Below, one piece after another: positions 9,002 through 19,348 of a stretch of DNA of 64,000 nucleotides (the first letter of the stretch is position 1; every line of letters starts with the position of its first letter). Below the pieces are notes generated by a model. It was given only the letters and a program-made list of their open reading frames with translations. It ran no database searches and was not told the DNA's origin. The stretch lies in contig JANYAD010000048.1 in NCBI GenBank assembly GCA_025355165.1, forward strand, positions 15,071 through 79,070. The letters run 5' to 3'. This DNA is from Gammaproteobacteria bacterium (GTDB lineage: Bacteria > Pseudomonadota > Gammaproteobacteria > Steroidobacterales > Steroidobacteraceae). A program made the translations under genes and the position numbers.

Positions 9002-10936
9002 CTATTCCAAGGCATACGCTATGAGGTAGTCGCCCCGAGTACTTTGATTTTTGTATCCGCCGGCGGCAATGACCACGTATTGTCGACCGCCGATTGCATA
9101 AGTCATCGGCGTGGCCTGGCCGCCCGCCGGTAGGCTGGCGGTCCATAGCAGTTTTCCGTCGTCGGTATCAAAGGCGCGCAGTCGGTCGTCAAAGCTCGCC
9201 GCAATAAAGATCACTCCTCCCGCCGTGACAATCGGCCCGCCCACACCAGGCATACCGAGATTCAGGTGAATTATCGGCGTATCCCCAAGGGGAATCTGCC
9301 ATTTGATGAGCCCGCGTTGCATGTCGACCGCCGAAAGCGTGCCCCAGGGCGGCTTGACGCAAGGGACCCCGAAGGGGGACATGAAGGGTCTGCGGCGCAT
9401 ACCGTAGGGTGTGCCAAGTTGCCGTGCGAACTCGAAATCCTTGTACTCCTCTGAGTCGCGTTGCAAGGCGAGTTCAGCGCGTGGAATCAGGGCGACGATG
9501 AACGGCAAGTTCATGGTATTGGCAATGGCAAGTTGACGCTGCGGATCGAATGCGATGCCTCCCCAGTTGGACCCGCCCGCATTACCGGGTTGCATCAGCG
9601 AGTCTTGCAGGGCGGGCGGTTGAAATATGCCTTGCGAGCGAAATTGCTCGATGCGCTTTCGGCAGGTCCGGGTGTCGAACCAGGCAATGCCCCAAGCATC
9701 ATTGGGTGTGATTTTCGACTGCCGCGATAAGGCCGGCGGTGCCGTGGGAAAGGGCTGAGTCGCCGAGGGGTGTTCGCCCGCGACCGCGTCTTGGGGAACC
9801 GGTCTTTCTTCGATTGGAAACAACGGTGTACCGTTTTCGCGATCGAAGGCGAAGAGAAAACCGGTCTTGGTGGCCTGTATCACCGCCGCCACAGAATTGC
9901 CGTCGTGCATGATGTCCGCCAGCGTTGGCTGGGAGCCGACATCGTAATCCCACAGGTCGTGATGCACGAGTTGCTGACCCCATTTGAGCTTGCCGGTATT
10001 ACCGTCAAGGGCCACGATGGAATTCGCCCAGCGATTATCGCCTGGCCTCTCGCCTCCAAAGAAATCCGGACTCGCCGAGCCGGTCGGGACGAATACCACG
10101 TGGCGAGCTGTGTCCACAGACAAGGGTGCCCACGCATTGGCCGCGCTCGCCGTCCTCAGAGTTTGCGAATCCCACTCCTTATAGACCGGGTCCGCGGGAT
10201 CGCGCGGGATGGGGTCCCAGCTCCATACCAATCGGCCGCTGCGCGAATCGAAGGCGCGCACGGTACCTAGCTCCTCGAGCACGCCGCGATTATCGCCGAT
10301 AGAAGAACCTACGATGACCTTGCCGTCCAGAATTGCGGGCGGCGAAGTCACGAGGTAATTGCGCCACTCATCGCCTTCCTGGAATTGGGAACGAATGTCT
10401 TTCAGCAGATTCACCGCACCCCCTTCCCCAAACTCTGCGCACGGCTTGCCGGTTGCGGCATCCAGCGCCAGCAGGCGGCCATCGAGCGTGGGCGCGAAAA
10501 TCCGCGCGCGGCAGGGCGCATCGCGCGCACTGTGCTCATCGACCCACAGCGACACGCCGCGCGATACACCGTCGGAGTAATGCAGGTCTTTGCGGCTTTG
10601 GGTGTCATGCCGCCAGCGCAGTTCGCCAGTGGCCGCATTCACCGCGACGACATCCGTGCTGCTTGTGGTCAAATATAGCGTGCGGTCGTAAAGGATCGGG
10701 GTCGCTTCGAAAGCGGATCGACGCCAGTCCTTCACGCCTTGGCCGCGTTCGCCGGTGCGAAAAGTCCAGGCAACCTTGAGGTTGCTTACATTCTTCGGCG
10801 TGATCTGCGCCAACGAGGAATATCGTGCGCCGCCAGGATCCCCGCCGTACGCGGGCCAGCCATCCGCTTGTACCGAAGCGCAGTGCACGGTGGTGGAGAG
10901 GCTTGCTGCCAGCATCAAAGCCCAAGCTTGGCGCAT
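9002..10936 (-). CDS. Periplasmic PQQ-dependent (quinoprotein) dehydrogenase, glucose/quinate/shikimate family, without the membrane anchor
   Basis: The ATG at 10936 gives MRQAWALMLAASLSTTVHCASVQA (a signal peptide). DGWPAYGGDPGGARYSSL...NLKVAWTF follows, with repeated W-motif propeller blades throughout. The 5' part of the tracked ORF (to 11095) overlaps the EamA gene and was discarded. Confidence 0.9.
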   Translation of the reverse strand: MRQAWALMLAASLSTTVHCASVQADGWPAYGGDPGGARYSSLAQITPKNVSNLKVAWTFRTGERGQGVKDWRRSAFEATPILYDRTLYLTTSSTDVVAVNAATGELRWRHDTQSRKDLHYSDGVSRGVSLWVDEHSARDAPCRARIFAPTLDGRLLALDAATGKPCAEFGEGGAVNLLKDIRSQFQEGDEWRNYLVTSPPAILDGKVIVGSSIGDNRGVLEELGTVRAFDSRSGRLVWSWDPIPRDPADPVYKEWDSQTLRTASAANAWAPLSVDTARHVVFVPTGSASPDFFGGERPGDNRWANSIVALDGNTGKLKWGQQLVHHDLWDYDVGSQPTLADIMHDGNSVAAVIQATKTGFLFAFDRENGTPLFPIEERPVPQDAVAGEHPSATQPFPTAPPALSRQSKITPNDAWGIAWFDTRTCRKRIEQFRSQGIFQPPALQDSLMQPGNAGGSNWGGIAFDPQRQLAIANTMNLPFIVALIPRAELALQRDSEEYKDFEFARQLGTPYGMRRRPFMSPFGVPCVKPPWGTLSAVDMQRGLIKWQIPLGDTPIIHLNLGMPGVGGPIVTAGGVIFIAASFDDRLRAFDTDDGKLLWTASLPAGGQATPMTYAIGGRQYVVIAAGGYKNQSTRGDYLIAYALE

Positions 10937-11015
10937 TGGAATTCTCGTTACGAAAGTGTAGCCGGATCGTAGCGGCTTTGACTGAGGCTGACCACGCCCG
11001 AAACGGGGCGCGGCG

Positions 11016-11966
11016 CTAAGACAAATCCCGGATGGGACGAGCAGCTTCTGGCTGCTGCGCTGGTATGTCGCGGTCACGTGTCTGTATCCAGGCATGCAGC
11101 GCTACCGCTGCGAGTACAACGGGTAAACCCAGCAAAACGTTCGCGGAAAAGGCTTCCTTGCCCAGCCACCAACCGACGGCAAGCGCCACGGGCGGATTGA
11201 CATAAGCATAGGTTGCCGCAAGTGAAGGCGACCCGCGCTCAACGACGAAGCGGTAGGCCGAAAATGCAATGAGTGAACCAAATACAACGAGGTAGCTCCA
11301 GGCCCACCAGACACGCGGCAAGTGCGGCAACGCCCAGTGTTCGCCAATCGCCGCGCTCACTGCCAATGCAATCACACCCGCGCACAGCATCTCTGCACCG
11401 AACCCCATGGGGCCATGGGGAATGTCCAGCCGGCGGGAAAGTACCGTACCTAAAGACCATGACGCCGTCCCAAACAGGATGATCATCGTGCCAATGGCAC
11501 TCGCTTGCAGATCGCGCCCCATCAGCATGACGGCGGCGCCCGCGGCGCCGAGCGCAATGGCGATCCATTCGCTGCGCCGCGGCCATTGGCCGAAGGCGCC
11601 GGACCAGAGCGCTGTCGCAAACGGCATGATGCTGATCAGCGCCACCGTCGCGCCCGAACTCACCCAGTGTTCGGCGACCGCGACGCCGCCGTTGCCAATC
11701 ACGAGAAGCAAGAGTCCCACCAAGGCGGCCCCGCGCCACTGCTTCGCAGTCGGTGCCGACCCCCCGCGCAGCGTTTGCCAGCCGATCAGCAGCGATCCTG
11801 CCACGACAAAGCGAGTGCCAACCAAGAAGAAAGGCGCCATGCCCTCGATCGCGACCTTGATGGCGAAATACGTCGTGCCCCACACCACGTAGACGGCCAC
11901 AAGGCATACCCAGATTAGCCAGGCGGCCGGTTTTAGGGCTGCGTTAGGCTTGGAGTCGGAAAGCAT
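11016..11966 (-). CDS. EamA/DMT-superfamily transporter
   Basis: About 316 aa from the ATG at 11966, with about 10 TM helices in two EamA-like halves (VWGTTYFAIKVAIEG...). Confidence 0.85.
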   Translation of the reverse strand: MLSDSKPNAALKPAAWLIWVCLVAVYVVWGTTYFAIKVAIEGMAPFFLVGTRFVVAGSLLIGWQTLRGGSAPTAKQWRGAALVGLLLLVIGNGGVAVAEHWVSSGATVALISIMPFATALWSGAFGQWPRRSEWIAIALGAAGAAVMLMGRDLQASAIGTMIILFGTASWSLGTVLSRRLDIPHGPMGFGAEMLCAGVIALAVSAAIGEHWALPHLPRVWWAWSYLVVFGSLIAFSAYRFVVERGSPSLAATYAYVNPPVALAVGWWLGKEAFSANVLLGLPVVLAAVALHAWIQTRDRDIPAQQPEAARPIRDLS

Positions 11967-12062
11967 GGTGGCGGCGATCGTAACTGTCTGGTATGAAACA
12001 CCGTTTAGTTTATCTAATCGCTGCATTAGATAAGGGGATATTCCGGTCGGACTGACGCTCGA

Positions 12063-14303
12063 TTACGCTTGCTTCGCTTTACCCGGGATGCGCGCCGCAG
12101 GCTCTGAACTTTGCGCTACACGTAGTTGGCCCGGCCCTTCCCTTTTTGCCTGATAGCAGGCTTGATCGGCCGCCTCAAACCAGTCAGCGTCGTCTTGACA
12201 TCCCGCTCGCAGCGTTGCGAGCCCCAAGCTTGCGCCGACGGTGTGCGTATGGCCTTGCCATTCGACTCGCAGTGGATTCAATGCGACCTGGATTTTTTGT
12301 GCTGCGACGAGGCTACCGGCGTCAGCGCAGTTTGGTAAAATTACGGCGAACTCATCGCCCCCAAGCCGCGCGACGACATCGGATTGTCGCACGACGGTCC
12401 GCAGCACTTGCGCGACGCGCCGCAGCACCGCGTCGCCCGCCGCATGGCCAGCGCAATCATTTACCGCTTTAAATTTATCCAGATCGATCGCGATTACCGC
12501 GGCTGGCTGTTCCAGATGGATTGCGCGCGTAAATGTTTTGCTCAATCGACGTTGAAACTCGAATCGATTCGCAAGATCCGTCATCGGGTCGTGGCTCGCA
12601 CGATGCTTCAAATCGTGGGTTCTATCGACATCACCGGACGCGTCTCGCAGTACGATCACGGTCCCGATCACGATTCCAGAGGAATTGAGCACCGGCGAGA
12701 CGACATCTGATACAAAGATAAAGCTTCCATCCGGTCGATGCAAAATGCAAGGATTCGCGCGGCGGAATACCTTGCCATGCACCGCACTTTGACCGATCAG
12801 GTCCTGGGCTGCCTTGGAGGTCTGAGGATCCATGAAATAGACGATCTGATCTAGGAGGCGCCCTTGAACAGTCTCCATGGCTAATCCGAGCATGGCCTGC
12901 GCTGAGGTGTTCATGAATGTAACTCGCTTGTGTGCGTCGGTTGTAATGACCGCATCATCAATCGACGCTAACGTGATTCGCAGCGTTTCGCGCTCCTCGG
13001 CGAGTCTGTCCTCAGCGCGCCTTCTTTCCTCGAGGCTCTCGATCTGTGCGATCAGATGCAGGGGCTGGCCCTCCTCATCGCGCATCAAAGACACTGCCAC
13101 ATGAGTCCAAATCCAGTGACCCTCTTTATGTCGAAAGCGCCGCTCGAGGGCGTATGACCTAGTCTCTCCGGAAAGCAGCCGCTGCCAGCGAGTCGCACTC
13201 GTCGTCCAGTCCTCCGGATCCGAGGGGCCGCCTGGCGGAAGGGCCCGAAATTCTGCCGCGTTATAGCCCAACATGGTCTGAAGGGCGCGATTGGTGTAAC
13301 CCCACACACCGTTCAGATCCGCAATCAGCATGCCGATGGGCGAATGTTCCATCGCTTCACGGAAGCGCCGTTCGCTAAAATTAACTTGATGAACGGCTGC
13401 GCGCCGCGCATCCGTTCCCAGACCGACGGCGATCGGTGGCAAGGTCGTGGCGAGGAGGGCGACTACCGGCAGTCCCGCCAACGAGGCAACCACCGGTACG
13501 CTTTCCAGACCTTCTGGACGAACACCCAACGCCCAAAGCCCTGCAACGGTGACCCCGCTGCACGCGCCTAAGATCGAAGCGCCGAAGCCTCCGACACGTA
13601 ATGCTGAAATCATCAGGAGCACACCTACCGCCACGAAGGGGAAGCGGACATAGCGAATCGCCAGCCAGCAGCCGCAAAGGACGATGAGCAGGGTCGCCAA
13701 ATTTTCCGCCATGAATCTAGCGCTGACGAGGCGGCGCCAGGATTTTGAACAAAAGAGAATGATGGGTGGTGCAATCAGGCAGGCACCGATCGTGTGCGAA
13801 GCCCACCACTGCAGAGTGCCTTGCGATAGCGATAAACCATAGTTGAGGGAGAGGACGAGGCCGCCGGCCAAGCCTGTCAAGCCGGGTATGACAATACCGA
13901 GGACCGCAGCCATGAGTGCGGCCTGCTCGATGCTGATATGAGGATAAGGAAATCGGGCGACGGACCGAAAAACCCACACCATCAAGCCCATCTCGAAGCC
14001 ATCCAGGCATGCGAATAATATTGAGAGGGGCCAAGGACGATGTGCAATCGCCACGTTTGCCATAATCCCCGCCGCCCCCAACAGAAACGCAGCGCTAAGC
14101 CATCGGATTCTCGGTAATCGAATCAAAAGCGCAGCCGCGATGGCATTCGCCGGCCATATAAGGGCGATACCGTCGTTTACCCGCGTTAGGAGAATGGCCC
14201 CCAGCGCGGCGATGAAGAAAATCGTACCGATGGCAATTTCTGTAACCGGCACGCGTGAGCGATGCGCTCCGATCGGTGGCTGCCGCAGTGTAAGGCGTAA
14301 CAA
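12063..14303 (-). CDS. Sensor diguanylate cyclase: MASE1 membrane domain, two PAS domains, GGDEF with I-site
   Basis: The MASE1-like N-terminus reads IALIWPANAIAAALL...FACLDGFEMGLMVWVF. PAS signatures are EHSPIGMLIADLNG... and SIDDAVITTD. The catalytic region reads RQSDVVARLGGDEFAVIL, with RxxD 5 residues before GGDEF. The start is TTG at 14303 or GTG at 14252. Confidence 0.9.
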   Translation of the reverse strand: MLRLTLRQPPIGAHRSRVPVTEIAIGTIFFIAALGAILLTRVNDGIALIWPANAIAAALLIRLPRIRWLSAAFLLGAAGIMANVAIAHRPWPLSILFACLDGFEMGLMVWVFRSVARFPYPHISIEQAALMAAVLGIVIPGLTGLAGGLVLSLNYGLSLSQGTLQWWASHTIGACLIAPPIILFCSKSWRRLVSARFMAENLATLLIVLCGCWLAIRYVRFPFVAVGVLLMISALRVGGFGASILGACSGVTVAGLWALGVRPEGLESVPVVASLAGLPVVALLATTLPPIAVGLGTDARRAAVHQVNFSERRFREAMEHSPIGMLIADLNGVWGYTNRALQTMLGYNAAEFRALPPGGPSDPEDWTTSATRWQRLLSGETRSYALERRFRHKEGHWIWTHVAVSLMRDEEGQPLHLIAQIESLEERRRAEDRLAEERETLRITLASIDDAVITTDAHKRVTFMNTSAQAMLGLAMETVQGRLLDQIVYFMDPQTSKAAQDLIGQSAVHGKVFRRANPCILHRPDGSFIFVSDVVSPVLNSSGIVIGTVIVLRDASGDVDRTHDLKHRASHDPMTDLANRFEFQRRLSKTFTRAIHLEQPAAVIAIDLDKFKAVNDCAGHAAGDAVLRRVAQVLRTVVRQSDVVARLGGDEFAVILPNCADAGSLVAAQKIQVALNPLRVEWQGHTHTVGASLGLATLRAGCQDDADWFEAADQACYQAKREGPGQLRVAQSSEPAARIPGKAKQA

Positions 14304-14594
14304 GTTTAATACCGCTTCAGGCTCGATTGCGGCCCCTAAACCACGGGCTCCACCAACCGGTGCAGAAGAGTCCGCACCTCATTGCGCAGACTACCTACAT
14401 TACGTTAACAGGAGGCAGGGTCGGAGAGCGCGATCCGGGTCTCACATATTCAAGGGGGCGCGGTACGGTGTATCGATGATGGGGCGTTGGGCAAAACGTG
14501 ATCTTGCGCGCATAAATCAAGCCGTAAGTGAGCTTACATTCCGAATGCACTGAAGTAGTTTGCGGATGATGGTCCGCGTAAGGGATTTCGCCCG

Positions 14595-15221
14595 ATGCAG
14601 CAAGTATTCGCTCGTTTAAGATTACTTGATGTTCTGATCCGCATACCGCGCGGAGCGATGTTGGCGCTGCTCACGATGTTTACCCGCGTTCGCGGCACCG
14701 TCCATGAGCGAGGCGAGGACGAGGCGGTAGTGACCGATGCTTACGGCTCCATGCGGGCCGGCAACCATGTCCGTAGCTGGAAGGTCTTGACAGAGTGGCT
14801 CAAATCCTGCGGCGAACAACCTGAGGACTATGCGTGGCTGGCCTCGCGGATGGTGGCCTGGGAGGATCCGAGCTACATTGCCCGGCTAACCGAAATGCGC
14901 GTCGCCCGCCTGCTGGCCCTGAAGCTCACATCTGACGCCCTTGCTGTGGTCGTGCAGCGCATGAGTTTGGACCCGCGCTTTCGTCCCAGGTCGGCCGCGG
15001 ATACCTTGAGTTTGGCTCAACTCGCAGCCCGGGACGGCCGCGCGCCGCGCGTGGCTCGAGCTTTGTTATCGGATTTCGCCGCACGATTCGAGGGCGATCC
15101 GCGCGTGACTGTGGCTAGCACGTTGCTCCGGCACGTGGCCTCCCATGCGCCCTCTCGGCTATTTACTGCCGCCCCGATTGACAACAAATCTGCGGAAAGA
15201 TGCAACGCGGCACTAACATAG
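14595..15221 (+). CDS. Hypothetical protein (helical, possibly TPR-like)
   Basis: 208-aa ORF with coding-like composition. I recognise no family. Confidence 0.45.
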   Translation: MQQVFARLRLLDVLIRIPRGAMLALLTMFTRVRGTVHERGEDEAVVTDAYGSMRAGNHVRSWKVLTEWLKSCGEQPEDYAWLASRMVAWEDPSYIARLTEMRVARLLALKLTSDALAVVVQRMSLDPRFRPRSAADTLSLAQLAARDGRAPRVARALLSDFAARFEGDPRVTVASTLLRHVASHAPSRLFTAAPIDNKSAERCNAALT

Positions 15222-15249
15222 TCGCAAGCCGATCAGAAAGCGGCTAATT

Positions 15250-15600
15250 CTAAAAATCAGACGCGCGCCGGCCTCGGTCGCCACTTCTACGCTCGGTGAC
15301 GTTCCAGTGGCGAGGAATGCCATCGCCGCGGTCCGTTTGACGCCGCGGCTTGGCACGCCGATCGGCATGGTGACGGTACCGACAGTCGCAGTGGTCGATA
15401 TTGCATCCGGCGACCGGGAAACGAGGGGCCTGGGCGGACAACCAGCGCGTTCCTACAAAGCCTTGAACGGCCTTGCAGCTCGGCAGGCCCGCAATAATGG
15501 ATACCGCGTACCATGCTGTTCGAAGAGTGCCCTTCAATGCGGCAGTGTTGCCGTTCGATTTCTTCGACCATCCGTGTTTAGGGATAGTAATTCTGCGCAT
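15250..15600 (-). CDS. Hypothetical small protein with one TM helix, a CNIDHCDC cysteine cluster and an Arg-rich tail
   Basis: 116 aa: TAWYAVSIIAGL (TM), PVAGCNIDHCDCRYRHHADRR, then repeated RR/DR. No convincing SD. I recognise no family. Confidence 0.35.
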   Translation of the reverse strand: MRRITIPKHGWSKKSNGNTAALKGTLRTAWYAVSIIAGLPSCKAVQGFVGTRWLSAQAPRFPVAGCNIDHCDCRYRHHADRRAKPRRQTDRGDGIPRHWNVTERRSGDRGRRASDF

Positions 15601-16084
15601 CTTTAATTTACCGAAAAGCAGAATCCTCTGCGCTTCTCCGATTGTGCGCCGTATTACTCGCTGCGCTTAGAGGTGCTTGGCTAAGACGCAGGTCAGACTA
15701 CATGAGGGAAGAAGGGAGGAGGCCCCCGACATGCCTGGGCTCGGCTCTTGATCGGGGCGCGTTATGTTACCTCGGCGAGGACCTCTCTTGAGCCTAAGAA
15801 CGTAGCCCAAAATCCTAAGAATGGCTTTCATGCCGGCCCCCTCAGTGATGCGATGCTGCGGACAATATCACGGACATTGTTAATCTCATTGCGCCACAGC
15901 AAACTGCGATGCAGCATCTTTCAGCGACGTGGTGCTGCAGATTGCAAATGACACGTGTCGCTCAAGGGCGCACTATAGATACGAAATAATGATCGGAGAC
16001 TTGCGCAAACGGCCTGGGAAGCGCGCGACTCGGACTAAAAAATATCACCACGAACTGGATTCGACGGTGAAAAGTGGGGTAGAC

Positions 16085-16702
16085 ATGCATCGGAGCGCAA
16101 TGACACTGACCCGCTTGATGAGGGTATCCACCGATTGCATGCAGGTAGCCCTGCGCAGCAACAACGCCAATCAGCAATTGGTTGCCATGCGTATCGTCGA
16201 CACACCAGCTGCCTTTGAACGATGGGAAGGTGAGCACGTCACGCTGATGCGCGGCGTCGCGGAATATTCGGTCCTGCGCACCCAATTGACCGCCCTCAAG
16301 CAATCAACCTTGAGTTTGATTCATGGCAAGGCTCTATTCGAGCATTTGAAGAACAGGGTGGTGCGCGGCGAGCAGCGCACTAATCTCATGCGTCACTTTT
16401 ATCCAAATAGAGACTTCAGCTTCGCCATGGTGACAGCGCACGGAAACTATCTGCGAAAGGCCTGTAGTTTTCTATGCGCCAATTACGTTGGCGCAGTTGC
16501 GGTCCATGACGCTCGTTTTATCGACCCAATTCAGCACTACGAAACTCTTTATTCGGAATACTTCGATCTGTATTGCCGTACGTGTACATCGTCAAGCGTT
16601 GAATCGGTGTCGGAAAAGGCCTTGTTGCCGCTTCTCAAGGAGCAATTGTGCGACTGGCGTTCGGCCATTTTGAATCCGCGGGTCGCGGCGCCGCTAATTT
16701 AA
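16085..16702 (+). CDS. Hypothetical protein
   Basis: The ATG at 16085 is preceded by GTGGGG. 205 aa, helical, in a visibly more AT-rich stretch. I recognise no family. Confidence 0.45.
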   Translation: MHRSAMTLTRLMRVSTDCMQVALRSNNANQQLVAMRIVDTPAAFERWEGEHVTLMRGVAEYSVLRTQLTALKQSTLSLIHGKALFEHLKNRVVRGEQRTNLMRHFYPNRDFSFAMVTAHGNYLRKACSFLCANYVGAVAVHDARFIDPIQHYETLYSEYFDLYCRTCTSSSVESVSEKALLPLLKEQLCDWRSAILNPRVAAPLI

Positions 16703-17057
16703 TCTGTACATGCCTCATGAGACGTGGTCTTTCGGCGCTTGAGTCGCGAAGCGCGCGCGGACGGCAGCAGCACCGCTCGGCTGAGTTTTCGTAAGACGGG
16801 TCCTACGCCGCTAAGTCGCGGGGTGGGAGTGCGGTTGGTCCAGGCGTTTTCGCTTACTTCCAGCGGAAAGGTCAACGAGAAAAACGGCGACGAAGCCCAG
16901 CACCGGCAGCGCAGAGACTACTATGTAAGCCCGCAGGACAAGTTCGATGAATGACATGACGGACAGTATCCACTAATCAACATTACGAGAAGGTGAAGCA
17001 CCGCGCTCTTTTGGTTAAGTTGACACCCGAGCGGCGTGCCAGATGTGCATCAGGCCT

Positions 17058-18985
17058 TCAAACGAGTACTTCAAGGACCTGCTTGATCGCACGCCGCGAT
17101 TCTTGCGCCGCACGCCCCCAACTCTGCCTTCCTGACAGCTCGCTGTGACCGAATGCGATGCGTCCGTGCCGCTCGCGAATAACCTCAAGCGGCGCAGGGT
17201 AGTCGGGGGTTCCGAAATAGAATCCCGGCTGGGGCGCAATGTAGGCATGGCCCCAGCGGTTGATGACAATGCCCGCGATGTCCCGCCTTGCATCGAATCC
17301 CGAATCGCCCAACATCTGTTGCAGTTGTTTGCGTATCTGCAGTTCGAACTCAGCGTACGTGGTACCGAACAAGCGGGCGCGAGCCGCGCTGGTCTGAACA
17401 TGGATCGGAACCCCAGACTGGGGGAATGCAACATAGAACGTGAGCATCGCCGGCTTGGACGGATCGAGCGGCACCGGGATACCGTTGATTTTCATTGGCT
17501 GACGAACATTGACGAAAAAACCGAATCCGTCAAACCAGTGTGCGGCCGAAATGCCGAGCTTCGCGAAGGCCTTCCAATTACGCACGGCTACATTGGCGAC
17601 CAGTATCGGACCGTGATGAAATTGCCCGTAGGCCGCGACATAGGACGGCGGCAGGTCGCGCACGATTCGGCGTGCAATCCATCCGCCGGCGGCGACGATT
17701 GCGGTTTTGCTGCGAACGCGAGCCAGTTGATCGCCGATGACATAGGTGACCTCTACGCTGTTTGCAGTCTCGGGCTTACCTTCGTGCCGAACGGCCACGG
17801 CCGTGGCACCGAGTCGTATACGCGTGTGCTGCGGTCGGTCGAGCGCGGAAAAATCGATCGGTGCGTAGAGCACATCGGCAAAGGATCGCGTACCCGATAT
17901 GGCTTGCGGCAACATTGCCTTGACGATGTGTCGCAAGATGGCGGCATTGCCGCCGGGAAAGGAGAACACATCCTCGCCGAGGATGTTTTCTCCGGTCCCG
18001 GGCAGCCCGAGCAATTTAGCCCCGTAAGCCGAGACGACGTCCGAACTCACCCCGTAGTCGCCCGTCGCCACGAGCGGATCTGAGAGCCGAAACACGTCAT
18101 TGGTCAGGCCGAGAGTTCACGGACGATCAAATCGCCGTAGGACATCGAGTCGAGCCACCGATTAGTCGATGCTTCATCACCGTGCGTAAGGACGGGCGCG
18201 TGCTTCTTCCACTGCACCCAGCTGCGGCGGGCGTCCGCTGAAATGGGCGCACGGCGCAAATCGTCTGACCAGGGGTCGATCACCCAGGCGCGCCTCGAGG
18301 CGAAGGGTGTATCGAAGTAGTAGCCCAAAGAGCTGGCTTCCTCGTTCCAATACATAGGATCGTAGTGATCTTTCGCGAATTTCAATGACGACGCCGTCCC
18401 GGTCGGGGCGACAAAGTCGTAGGAGCGGGGCATGCCGATCTCGTCCCATAGCTCGACGACATGCGCGTAGTTATTGTCCGTGCTGGGAATTACGGCGTCG
18501 TTCGAACCCTGCGGTCCAGTCAGCATCACGCCATCCACGAGCATCTGGTTCTGCTTCGCCTCTCCGCCGAACACCGGATGATTCTCAAGAACGAGGCAGC
18601 GCGAATTGGGACGCGCCTTGCGAAATTCGTAAGCGGCGATGAGGCCGGCGAATCCGCCTCCGACGATGATCAGATCGTAGAGCTCGTCGACCTGCGGCGC
18701 CGAATCTATTCGCGCCTCATAGAGGCCGTCGCGAACGCCGTGTGCGGCCTCGACGACGGAGGCGATGTTGCCGTTCGAGCGGCTGTAATCGCCGATACCG
18801 GCGTAGCCGTTCCATGATGCCGGGAGTCCGTGTGCGCGCGCCGGAGCCGGCATCCCCAAGAGGATCGCGCCCGAGCCGATGAGTGTCGCCCCGACGAAAT
18901 CGCGCCGCGTAATAACCCCATTGAGGCCGAGAGATCGAGCTTCGCTATGCGCATGGAAGGTCCGATTCGTTACTTTCTTTGTCAT
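17058..18985 (-). pseudogene. Tat-exported FAD-dependent oxidoreductase (amine-oxidase / spermidine-dehydrogenase-like) split by a frameshift at about 18111-18115
   Basis: ORF 18104..18985 has a Tat signal (ITRRDFVGATLIGSGAILLGMPAPARA) and the FAD fold (YDLIIVGGGFAGLIAAYE...LENHPVFGGEA), and ends ...DLIVRELSA-stop. ORF 17058..18095, in another frame, continues with (LGLTND)VFRLSDPLVATGDYG... through to the C-terminus. Confidence 0.75.
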
Positions 18986-19348
18986 TCTTGACTCCTCATC
19001 GGATTGCCGTCACGCATTCTAATCGACTGCTCGCCATTGGTCGCCTTGGATCGCTAGGCAGACTGCCCCAGGACAAGCCTGTATGAGTGCTCAGGCAAAA
19101 ACGCGGCCGGCGAGTTGCCGCAAGCAGATCAAAAATTGGCTATAGTTGACCGACGCAGTTGGCACTCAGAGGGTGCCCGAGCCACAGGCGGCAACGAGGG
19201 ATGGTTCTACCACGAGCTGCAGCGTCTCGTGGGATCAAAATATCCGCAAGATTACGGAGCGCGACGGTTGATTCGCGAGTCAGCGCACAGCTTGTGTGCA
19301 AGCGATGCTTCGATGATCTGGCCGACTCGTTGCTCCCGCCAATGGCGT

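Noticed and set aside
9002-11095. The full 697-aa version of the PQQ dehydrogenase ORF, starting at 11095.
   Set aside because: The first 53 codons overlap the 3' end of the EamA gene and encode no signal peptide. The internal ATG at 10936 gives a textbook signal peptide directly before the conserved DGWPAYGG start of the mature enzyme.
16811-16957. A 48-codon minus-strand ORF (MSFIELVLRAYIVVSALPVLGFVAVFLVDLSAGSKRKRLDQPHSHPAT) that looks like a single-TM micro-protein, 100 nt downstream of the FAD oxidoreductase.
   Set aside because: There is no Shine-Dalgarno sequence before the ATG and no recognisable family. It is also too short to distinguish from chance in GC-rich DNA.
17145-18083. A 312-aa plus-strand ORF.
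   Set aside because: It is entirely antisense to the C-terminal half of the FAD oxidoreductase. Its Arg/Gly-rich composition is typical of shadow frames in high-GC DNA.
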